Position numbers and translations under genes: made by a program. The notes beneath the pieces were generated by a model. It was not told where the DNA came from, did not search any database, and worked only from the letters and a program-made list of their open reading frames with translations. DNA of 38,384 nt from NCBI GenBank assembly GCA_029559515.1, contig JAKQBO010000009.1, forward strand, positions 1 through 38,384, written 5' to 3'. This stretch comes from a bacterium (GTDB lineage: Bacteria > Patescibacteriota > Minisyncoccia > Minisyncoccales > UBA1441). Below are positions 16,695 to 24,692 of the stretch, piece by piece; within the stretch, counting starts at the first letter, position 1, and each line of letters starts with the position of its first letter.

Positions 16695-18509
16695 ATGTTA
16701 GATAAAATTAAGAAAAAACTTACCAAGGGAAGTAAGCCCGAGACTACCGGGGCCGGCAGTAGATTTGTCACCCTCCATGATTTAATTGCGCCTCCCTCGA
16801 TTCAAGTTAATCAGAACAGTATTGATTTAAGGGGGCGGCTAATTCGGACTATGTTTGTCTTCTCTTATCCCCGCTATCTGTCGGTTGGTTGGCTAACCCC
16901 GATTATTAACATGAATCGGCCGATAACAATCTCCTTTTTCTTTCACCCCGTTGAAACAGCCCCTATTCTTAAGAAACTCAGGAAAAAGACAACTGAAATC
17001 CAAGCCGAATTAATGGAACGCGAAGAGAAGGGCCTGGTCCGTGATCCGGAGCTAGAAACTGCCTTTCAGGATGTAGAAGATCTCCGCGACAAGTTGCGCA
17101 CTGCTCAGGAAAAAATGTTTCAGGTTGGTATTTACTTCGCCATTATGGGGAACAACGAAGAAGAGCTGCGCGATACCGAGGTGGAAATTCGTTCTATCTT
17201 AGAGTCCCGACTGGTTTACACCAAGCCAGCTTCCTTCCAACAAAAAGATGGGTTTTTAACTTGTTCGCCCTATGGTCTTGACGAGCTAATGATCCACACC
17301 CCTATGAATACCTCTCCCCTTTCCAGTGTTTTTCCTTTTGTTTCATTTGACTTGAGTTCTAATGAGGGCATTCTCTATGGTATTAATAAACATAATAATT
17401 CCCTAGTGCTTTTTGATCGCTTTTCACTGGAGAACGCTAACATGGTGATCTTTGGAAAATCAGGCGGCGGAAAAAGTTATGCCGCGAAACTAGAAATTCT
17501 GAGACTGATGATGGAAGGGATAGACGTAGTGATCGTGGATCCGGAGAATGAATATGAGTTTTTGAGCGATGCAGCTGATGGTTCTTTTGTCAAAGTCTCT
17601 CTTAACTCGACTAGCCACCTTAATCCCTTTGATTTACCTAAGATCGGAGTAGATGAAAAACCAGAAGACGCCCTGCGACGCAATGTTGTTGAGCTGGTCG
17701 GCCTATTTAGAATTATGTTGGGCGGACTGACACCCGAAGAAGATGCCATCATTGACCAGGCAATTGTTGAGACTTACGCCGCTAAAGACATTACGCCCGA
17801 TAACAACTTTGACAGAGCTCAGCCTCCCCTAATGAATGATTTCCAGGCTGTTTTAGAGAGCATGGAGGGGGCCGAGTCTCTCAGCCAGAGAACGCGTAAA
17901 TTTACCCGGGGCAGCTATGCCAATTTCTTTAATAACTACACCAATGTCGACATTGATCGCCATTTGGTTGTTTTTGGCATTCGTGATATGGAAGACGAAC
18001 TACGGCCCATGGCGATGTATATCATTCTCCACCACATCTGGAATGAAATAAGAGGAGAGTTAAAGAAAAGAGTTGTGGTCATTGACGAGGCCTGGGTGGT
18101 GATGCAGTCCCCAGATGGAGCTTCATTTCTTTTTGGGATGGCGAAGCGGGCCAGAAAGTACTGGCTTGGCCTGACAACTATTACCCAAGATGTCAATGAC
18201 TTTCTGGGCTCTCCTTATGGGGTGCCGATTCTCAACAACTCCTCCCTCCAGCTACTCATGAAACAGTCGCCGGCTTCAATTGATATTCTAGTTAAAACCT
18301 TTGCCTTAACTCTGAGCGAAAAACATCTAGTACTATCAAGTAATGTTGGCGAAGGGCTCTTCTTCGCCGGATCAAAGAGAGTCGCAGTTCAGGTTGTTGC
18401 TTCATACGCTGAAGACCAGATCATTACTAGCGACCCAGAGGAGGTAATTAAAATTAAAGAAGCGCAACGCGCTCGCAGGAGAGATGAGTTTATTAGGGGG
18501 TGGCGCTAA
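16695..18509 (+). CDS. virB4: VirB4-like type IV secretion ATPase
   Basis: Walker A GKSGGGKS, VDPENEY, LNPFD, Walker B VVIDEAW, RARKY, TQ motif, GEGL. Confidence 0.9.
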   Translation: MLDKIKKKLTKGSKPETTGAGSRFVTLHDLIAPPSIQVNQNSIDLRGRLIRTMFVFSYPRYLSVGWLTPIINMNRPITISFFFHPVETAPILKKLRKKTTEIQAELMEREEKGLVRDPELETAFQDVEDLRDKLRTAQEKMFQVGIYFAIMGNNEEELRDTEVEIRSILESRLVYTKPASFQQKDGFLTCSPYGLDELMIHTPMNTSPLSSVFPFVSFDLSSNEGILYGINKHNNSLVLFDRFSLENANMVIFGKSGGGKSYAAKLEILRLMMEGIDVVIVDPENEYEFLSDAADGSFVKVSLNSTSHLNPFDLPKIGVDEKPEDALRRNVVELVGLFRIMLGGLTPEEDAIIDQAIVETYAAKDITPDNNFDRAQPPLMNDFQAVLESMEGAESLSQRTRKFTRGSYANFFNNYTNVDIDRHLVVFGIRDMEDELRPMAMYIILHHIWNEIRGELKKRVVVIDEAWVVMQSPDGASFLFGMAKRARKYWLGLTTITQDVNDFLGSPYGVPILNNSSLQLLMKQSPASIDILVKTFALTLSEKHLVLSSNVGEGLFFAGSKRVAVQVVASYAEDQIITSDPEEVIKIKEAQRARRRDEFIRGWR

Positions 18510-19035
18510 AAAAAGCCAGGGCGGATTGGAAACATTTACTATCGACATCGCGATTATGTATATTGTCGCCTTTATTTTGGATATGGCCGGAATAATCCTG
18601 GCGGCCATAACCCTTACTATTATCCTAGCTCCGATCGCGATAATCCTTCAATGGATTTTATCTCTCTTGGGTGGTCTGATATTCACCCTCTGGATTGTGT
18701 TTGTGCGGTCACAATCATCTGCCGAAGAAACAAGCCATGAAATTCTCGAGCCAGAAATACCCCAGAAGACAGCTCCTTCTCAGGCGTCATCTCTCGATGA
18801 TTCTGCGCCAAAAAAGCTAAATCAAGCCACCGAAGTACAGCCTACAGTAACGCCGCCTAAAAAACCTCTGGGGAAAAAACCGGGGCTTATGAAAAAATCC
18901 AACCCTTCTTCTTTGTTGATGAAAAAATGGCTGAAGAGAGTTTGCCTCCCCGGGGTGGTTGAGTCAATTCCGATTGTCGGGAAAATATCCTTCACCTGGG
19001 TATTAGCAGTCTATCTTGAGCAAAAAAATGGTTAA
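18484..19035 (+). CDS. Small membrane protein of the T4SS-like locus
   Basis: Hydrophobic N-terminal half, Pro/Ser/Lys-rich linker, C-terminal ESIPIVG..FTW.LAV. Start uncertain. Confidence 0.65.
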   Translation: MSLLGGGAKKSQGGLETFTIDIAIMYIVAFILDMAGIILAAITLTIILAPIAIILQWILSLLGGLIFTLWIVFVRSQSSAEETSHEILEPEIPQKTAPSQASSLDDSAPKKLNQATEVQPTVTPPKKPLGKKPGLMKKSNPSSLLMKKWLKRVCLPGVVESIPIVGKISFTWVLAVYLEQKNG

Positions 19036-21562
19036 GATGCATTTTTTAATAAAAATTTTAATTTTTGCTTTGATTATTTGCCCGGCTAGTGTTCTGGCGG
19101 TGGAAATTCCCAGCGACGATATTGAGACCCTGCCCGAACTGGTTAACACCGTCTTTAGCGTCATATTCGGCTTGTCCGGCATAGCAATCTTCGTTGTTTT
19201 AATAATTGGCGGATTGGGCTATTTAACCGCCGGCGGATCACCGATGTTAATGGCTAAGGCCCGACAAAGGATTATTATGGGCCTGGTTGGATTTGGGTTG
19301 GTTTTTGGCGGCTACCTCATTATCGACCAAATAAATCCTGACATTTTGACCGGAATCTTTACGCCTTGGGATATCGATAACCCCGAGCCGTCCGACCCTC
19401 CAACGATACGGGAACCGGATACTGACACGTATGTCTATCAGGAGATCCCCTTCGGGACAATTTTAGAGACCAAAATATTAGCTAAAAACATAACCTGCTA
19501 TGGGGGAGAAGGGTTGGTTGACTGCCACACTGGGGAGCCGATATTAGAAGAAGAAATTGAGCGGATTATTTATATTATGGCCAAAGAATTCCCTGATATC
19601 TGGGGTGAGGCAACCAAAGAAGACGCCGAATTGGCCTACCTCTGCTACGACTTTGACGACCAGGGAAACTTTACTCAGACCGATCCAATAGGGCACAACG
19701 ACCGGCTTGACTGCATTAGGCGCGTTGTCCAGGCTTTTGAGAGAAAAAGCATGGCCTTAAACAATCAAGTCCTTGAATTAAAAAGACTAACTGAAGCATG
19801 TTCCTGCGGACAGTGTAATTGCGGAGAGTGCGCTGTCTGCGAAGACCCGGCAGAGGTTTGTGGCAACCCTGAGGAATGCGCGCCAGAGGATGAAGCCTGC
19901 TTGCTGGCTATTCAACAGTGCTGGGATTATTGGGAAAACTGTAGTCCATGCGACCCGGCCTATAATAGCACTTGCCCCTGTGGGCAATCCTGCGATGGCG
20001 ATCCATGTGGGGCTCAGCGAGCAGCCATAGACGTTATTCGCCAAAATTTAAACATGGAACAAATCGTTGGAGGACATGATCTGCTCCAAGACAACGAGCT
20101 CGTCAAAGTTTTACCCGAAGATTATGATGAGATGACCTTAATCAACCAGGTGCGCTATCTAGCTAACCGTTTTTTCCCACCCCACATTGCCAGTCTTGAA
20201 GTTGATTTAAGTTATTTAGTTAAGGTCCGGGATATGTATCGAGACCAGTGTAGCTACGGCACTCACCTTTCCCAAGCTAATTTTATGGACTTAATAGCAT
20301 CTCTGGACTCGATTCCTTATGTTGAAACAGAGGTTAACAAGTTTTGTCTTAACGGCAACGAGGCTCGCTGGGGAGAGAGTTGCCCCGAGGAGCAACAAGT
20401 CAGAACAGATTACTGGTGCCACGAATTCAACTGCACCGACTGCGAAGAAGAAGGCGAAGCAAAGCTAGCTTGCGGTGTTTGCAATCTTGACGTTTTAGAA
20501 AAAGGGACTGAGGTGCCTTTTGCTCGGGCCGGTGAAGACAATGTTTCTTACAAGTGTTCCCAATACTATATTAACCAACAAGATGGAGAATTAGACCGGG
20601 AAGCCGACGACGAGCTTGGCATTATGTGCCGTATTCAATCAGATGGCGAACGCTGCCAGGAATCAACCGGCAATCCGGTAACCTTCTACTGTCCTCAGCC
20701 TGAAAGCAATGTTCCGGTCGAAACAACCGAACTAGTCTTAACTCGAGAATTCAACATTGATCACGATGTAGTCAATGGTTACCGAGCTGGCTATATTGAG
20801 CTGGGCCAATTGATTGACAGCAGCCGAGCCTATATCGATGCAATCAGAGCCCCCTTGGTGGGGATGGTTCGGAACGGCGTTCCTAGAATTACCTGTCCTT
20901 CTTTTGATAAAAATGACCCGGATAACCTCTGCCTCTTGTATCTCTTGCCAACGCGATGTACCTGCAATGGCGTCATCCAGACCCAGTACGAACCAGGGGA
21001 TGAATCGCTCTGCAATATCTCTTGCGACACCTGGCACGGCTGTTTGTGTAACGCCTGTGCGGAACCCTGCGATGGCTGCTCTTGTTCAACCTGCCTGCCC
21101 ACTCTTAATCAGCCCGAGGAATATAATCCTTATCCCTGCCCCCAGACTGTTATTAATCAGAGACAAGGCGAAACCACTAATGCTTATGGATTAATCAGGG
21201 AACAGCACGATACTGTTGTTAGCTTAATTCGAGCCACTGGTTTAGCCAACAATCAGCCAAGCCGGACAGAGATGTTTAATCAGCTTCAGGACAGCCAGAA
21301 AAAGTTGCAACGATGCGTTAGTGGCTTCCAGGTTGATTATACTGAAAGAACCGTTGCCCGGGCCGTTAACTGTCGCTATTTGTTGGACAATCAAGCTTTA
21401 GATAAGTGGCAGATTAGTCCCTTTTTCGAAACGTGCTATCCTTATAACAGTGAGAGATTGACCCCTCAGCAGCGAGCTGCCTGTCAGGCTGATCGCAATA
21501 GTCAGGATTGTTTATCTGCTATTCGTAATTTAATGTTTGACTATTTCTGCCTTATAAAATAA
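19028..21562 (+). CDS. VirB2/TrbC-like pilin domain fused to a ~730-aa cysteine-rich extracellular region
   Basis: Signal peptide; pilin motif IIGG..YLTAGGSP....AR.RI....G...YLI...INP; about 53 Cys by manual count. Start at 19028 or 19037. Confidence 0.8.
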   Translation: MVKMHFLIKILIFALIICPASVLAVEIPSDDIETLPELVNTVFSVIFGLSGIAIFVVLIIGGLGYLTAGGSPMLMAKARQRIIMGLVGFGLVFGGYLIIDQINPDILTGIFTPWDIDNPEPSDPPTIREPDTDTYVYQEIPFGTILETKILAKNITCYGGEGLVDCHTGEPILEEEIERIIYIMAKEFPDIWGEATKEDAELAYLCYDFDDQGNFTQTDPIGHNDRLDCIRRVVQAFERKSMALNNQVLELKRLTEACSCGQCNCGECAVCEDPAEVCGNPEECAPEDEACLLAIQQCWDYWENCSPCDPAYNSTCPCGQSCDGDPCGAQRAAIDVIRQNLNMEQIVGGHDLLQDNELVKVLPEDYDEMTLINQVRYLANRFFPPHIASLEVDLSYLVKVRDMYRDQCSYGTHLSQANFMDLIASLDSIPYVETEVNKFCLNGNEARWGESCPEEQQVRTDYWCHEFNCTDCEEEGEAKLACGVCNLDVLEKGTEVPFARAGEDNVSYKCSQYYINQQDGELDREADDELGIMCRIQSDGERCQESTGNPVTFYCPQPESNVPVETTELVLTREFNIDHDVVNGYRAGYIELGQLIDSSRAYIDAIRAPLVGMVRNGVPRITCPSFDKNDPDNLCLLYLLPTRCTCNGVIQTQYEPGDESLCNISCDTWHGCLCNACAEPCDGCSCSTCLPTLNQPEEYNPYPCPQTVINQRQGETTNAYGLIREQHDTVVSLIRATGLANNQPSRTEMFNQLQDSQKKLQRCVSGFQVDYTERTVARAVNCRYLLDNQALDKWQISPFFETCYPYNSERLTPQQRAACQADRNSQDCLSAIRNLMFDYFCLIK

Positions 21563-21568
21563 TCAATT

Positions 21569-23053
21569 ATGCCTAAAAATATATTATTTTTTGCTTTAAC
21601 TGCCTTATTGTTTTTATCTCCATTAGTCGTAGTCGGCGACGCCCAGGTTCGTCAGTTAGAAACAACCTACCCCGACATTCCCGGGGTTGATACCATTGGA
21701 GAAGACGCTACTCTACCGCAATATCTAGAGTATATTTATTATTTCATTATTAGCTTAACTGGGATTGCCGCCTTGATTATATTGATCTGGGGCGGGTTAA
21801 TTTATTTAACCTCAGCCGGTTCGCCCAATAAAATGAAGGAGGGTATTAATCGTATTATTGGCGGACTATCCGGCGTTGCTATTATTTTATTCGCTCACCT
21901 CATTTTAACCACAATCAATCCCCATATCTTTGGCTCAATTACTCAAAAAATAGATCTTCCCGCTGAAGGATATTGCTTAAAAGGAGACCAGGTCTACTGG
22001 CGAGAAGAGTGTCCCGAGACATGGGCTCCTATAAACAATGATACTTGTCAGCAGGTAATCGGCCAAGCTCCTTATACCCACTATAACTGCTGCCGGGTTG
22101 AGAGAATCTATTGTTTCGATCAAAGCGTCAATGATTTGGCTAGAATTGGTTTTATCCCTAAGGAGATAAACTTCCGGAGCAAAGAGCCAAGAATTCACAG
22201 TGTCTTTTTCTTTGAAGAGCCCGATTACCAGGGAGATCAACAGTCTATGATAAACATGAAGAGACAGCTAAACAATGACATTTGGTGGCCGCTTAGTCAC
22301 CTCGGAATTCAGTTTATCAGATCTGTGTATCCAGTAAGGAGAAGCCCCGGGTTTGTTATCTTTCCTACTGACAATTGTTCGTATGATTTTAGCGATTTTA
22401 GTCGCAATATGCCGACTATGGCCTACTCTCGACCAACTTCTCGTTTTGACAAAGAGGCCGTTTCCATATTAAGAGTGCCCCGAGGCGAAGATGAGGATTG
22501 GTTTGATTATGTTTCGTGGGGAGGGGTGTTTTTCTCCTCCGAGGGATATCACGGAGAGTGTCAGATTATTTTTAGCGAAAGGCCTTCTATTCCCGGACAG
22601 GGCCAGAACTGTTTCCTTCCTAGACAGAATTTTCCGAATGCTCAAATTGGCAGTAGAGAGACCCCTCAGAGCGCTTACATCTTTAGACGAAACATCGCTA
22701 ATGATTTTTCAGGCCAAGTCACCTTTTGCCCTTTATTGAATTATGGATCTATAGAGGATCCCAATAATCCGGTTGAATGCCATACTGTTGAAGCTAGTGA
22801 GATTATAAGCCAAAACACAACTGACTCTATCTGGAGAATTAATGATCCGTTAGATCACTGGACGGGAGGAAGACAAGAAAACATTCTTTCTGTAAAAGTT
22901 GACGGAAAATTTCTGGTTGTTCTAAATTCTGGACTAAATTTCACAGGAAGATGTACAGTTATCGATCGAGATACCCCCAATCTAATTGGCTCATATGTTC
23001 TTGGAGACGAAAATCGTGAGATCATGTCCATCGCCATCATCCCCTTACAATAA
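21569..23053 (+). CDS. VirB2/TrbC-like pilin domain fused to beta/gamma-crystallin-like repeats
   Basis: Signal peptide, LETTYP, pilin motif IWGGLIYLTSAGSP...RI.GG..G...LILTTINP; C-terminal FEEPDYQG, FSSEGYHG, NSGLNFTG...SI motifs. Confidence 0.75.
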   Translation: MPKNILFFALTALLFLSPLVVVGDAQVRQLETTYPDIPGVDTIGEDATLPQYLEYIYYFIISLTGIAALIILIWGGLIYLTSAGSPNKMKEGINRIIGGLSGVAIILFAHLILTTINPHIFGSITQKIDLPAEGYCLKGDQVYWREECPETWAPINNDTCQQVIGQAPYTHYNCCRVERIYCFDQSVNDLARIGFIPKEINFRSKEPRIHSVFFFEEPDYQGDQQSMINMKRQLNNDIWWPLSHLGIQFIRSVYPVRRSPGFVIFPTDNCSYDFSDFSRNMPTMAYSRPTSRFDKEAVSILRVPRGEDEDWFDYVSWGGVFFSSEGYHGECQIIFSERPSIPGQGQNCFLPRQNFPNAQIGSRETPQSAYIFRRNIANDFSGQVTFCPLLNYGSIEDPNNPVECHTVEASEIISQNTTDSIWRINDPLDHWTGGRQENILSVKVDGKFLVVLNSGLNFTGRCTVIDRDTPNLIGSYVLGDENREIMSIAIIPLQ

Positions 23054-23054
23054 T

Positions 23055-23516
23055 TCAACTAGCCGGGTAGATCACAATGTGACGCTGATGACCGCGCCCG
23101 CTGCTTTGGCTGTAGACATCCTGCCTTTCGGCCAGAGCAGAGTGAATAATCCGGCGCTCCCAAGCCCACATTGGTTTTAAAGCCTGTGGCTTTTTAGTTA
23201 AGGCAGCCTGATCAGCCGCTGTCCGGGCTAAATCCTCTAGGTATTTGGCTTTCTTTTCTTTATAATTATTAATATCCAGGTCGATAAAAAGATGGCGGCC
23301 GGTCTCTTTGGCCAAAATTTTCTTAATTAAGTTCTGAGTCTCAACTAAAGTTTCGCCTCTTTCACCGATAAAGAAAGGTGCTTCTTCAACCCAAAAAGAG
23401 ATCTTAATGGTATCTGAGTTTATCTCTTCAAACTTAATAGGTGAATCAACATCTAAAAAACTGAAAAACTTTCTGACTTTTTCCTTTATTTTTTCTGTTT
23501 CGGAGGGTCGGAACAT
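23055..23516 (-). CDS. jag: Jag/KhpB (EloR) RNA-binding protein, KH + R3H, without Jag_N domain
   Basis: FIGERGETL, LDINNYK, LKPM.AWERRIIH..L, S.G.G..R.IVI; downstream of yidC. Confidence 0.9.
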   Translation of the reverse strand: MFRPSETEKIKEKVRKFFSFLDVDSPIKFEEINSDTIKISFWVEEAPFFIGERGETLVETQNLIKKILAKETGRHLFIDLDINNYKEKKAKYLEDLARTAADQAALTKKPQALKPMWAWERRIIHSALAERQDVYSQSSGRGHQRHIVIYPAS

Positions 23517-24193
23517 AATGACTTTTTCTTAAGATAATATTGTTGCCCAATCATAAACAGGGTGTTTATTAACCAGTATACTCCAATGACAGCGCTTAAT
23601 CTAGTTAAGACAATAAACGCAAAGGCTGGAAGAAAGTAGACCATATTCTTTTGCCAGCCGCTCTTTTTGCCCGATGTTTCGGCTGTTTTAAGCTGCCAAT
23701 ATTGGATTACCGCAACGACAACAGCCAAGATAATATTCGACTGGACTAGGTCCGGGTTACCGAGAAATGTCAGCTCGGCCGCTTCCAGAGAAGGCGTAAA
23801 AGAATAAAGGTGGCTGTTTAGAGCCAAAACACTTAAGTCTTGAAAGATTCTAAAAATAGCAATAATTATCGGCAACTGGATCAGCGGATAAACAAGGCTT
23901 GATAAAGGGCTGATGTTGTATTTTTTATACAAGGCCATTATTTTTTGAGACTGCTCCGCCGGGTCCTTTTTATATTTTTTCCTAATCTCTTTCATCTCGG
24001 CGTCAATCTTGCTCATCTTTTCTTGGGTTCGGGTGGCCTTCAATGAAATGGGAAAGGTGATCAATTTAATTATTATTGTTACCAAAATAACCGACCAGAT
24101 CAGATCCTGACCGGGAAGATAAACATAAAATAAGATCAGCAGATTAAGAATCGGCTGATAAAGTAAAACATTAAATATATCTCCAATTAACAT
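23486..24193 (-). CDS. yidC: Membrane protein insertase YidC (short form)
   Basis: ILVTIIIKLITFP, coiled-coil hairpin, MALYKKYNISP, PLIQLPI, VYWLINTLF..GQQ; rnpA-yidC-jag synteny. Confidence 0.92.
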   Translation of the reverse strand: MLIGDIFNVLLYQPILNLLILFYVYLPGQDLIWSVILVTIIIKLITFPISLKATRTQEKMSKIDAEMKEIRKKYKKDPAEQSQKIMALYKKYNISPLSSLVYPLIQLPIIIAIFRIFQDLSVLALNSHLYSFTPSLEAAELTFLGNPDLVQSNIILAVVVAVIQYWQLKTAETSGKKSGWQKNMVYFLPAFAFIVLTRLSAVIGVYWLINTLFMIGQQYYLKKKSLCSDPPKQKK

Positions 24194-24197
24194 AAAA

Positions 24198-24530
24198 TTA
24201 GGATAGTTTTAATAAAATGTTTTCCCAGTCTGCTTTCAGTTCCTGATAGCTTGATTTTTCCGAAGATCGTTTGGCAATAATTACAATATCCCCGACTGTT
24301 TTCCCTTCAAGAACTTCGCTTCTTACAATTTCCCTTATTCTCCTTTTTATTTTGTTTCGCTCGGTTGCCTTTTTGGCTACTTTTTTGCTTACAACAATCC
24401 CGACTCTTGTTTTATTTTCCTGGTTTGGACTTATCTTGACTAAAAGAAACTCTCCTCCGACCGCCTTTCCCTGTTGGTAGGTTTTTTCAAATTCTTTTTT
24501 TTTAGTCAAACGATTCGGGCGGGGTAACAT
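24198..24530 (-). CDS. rnpA: Ribonuclease P protein component
   Basis: MLPRPNRL.KKKEF, RVGIVVSKKV.KKATERNKIKRRIRE (RNR-type motif). Confidence 0.95.
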   Translation of the reverse strand: MLPRPNRLTKKKEFEKTYQQGKAVGGEFLLVKISPNQENKTRVGIVVSKKVAKKATERNKIKRRIREIVRSEVLEGKTVGDIVIIAKRSSEKSSYQELKADWENILLKLS

Positions 24531-24547
24531 AATAACTTAACCCCTAA

Positions 24548-24576
24548 AGGTTATCAGTCAAAAAGTCTTTAGTCAA
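24548..24576 (-). promoter_or_regulatory. Promoter TTGACT-N17-TAACCT for rnpA-yidC-jag
   Basis: -35 at 24576-24571 and -10 at 24553-24548, 17 nt before the rnpA ATG. Confidence 0.5.
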
Positions 24577-24606
24577 TTAACTTTTTTTGCCCAAAGTATT
24601 AACATT

Positions 24607-24615
24607 TTATCCCCA
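24607..24615 (+). promoter_or_regulatory. DnaA-box-like 9-mer TTATCCCCA upstream of dnaA
   Basis: One mismatch to TTATCCACA, in the dnaA promoter region. Confidence 0.55.
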
Positions 24616-24622
24616 CCACCTC

Positions 24623-24649
24623 AAAAGCCCCACTATTAAGGGGTTTTTT
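24623..24649 (+). terminator. Terminator-like hairpin upstream of dnaA
   Basis: AAAAGCCCC-actattaa-GGGGTTTTTT. Confidence 0.4.
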
Positions 24650-24692
24650 AGTAGTTCTCTTGATTTTTTAATTGTGGTAAAGTGAGTACACT

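Noticed and set aside
19799-21093. Cys clusters as heme-c or ferredoxin sites
   Set aside because: No CxxCH motif, and the exported context with irregular spacing favours disulfides; metal binding is not strictly excluded.
12609-23053. T4SS cluster as an ICE or integrated plasmid
   Set aside because: No integrase, relaxase or flanking direct repeats seen; it is coupled to housekeeping genes on both sides.
24573-24622. 10-codon minus-strand ORF MLILWAKKVN with upstream GAGGTG, as an rpmH remnant or leader peptide
   Set aside because: No similarity to L34; it overlaps the DnaA-box-like site and the rnpA promoter candidate, so it is probably chance.
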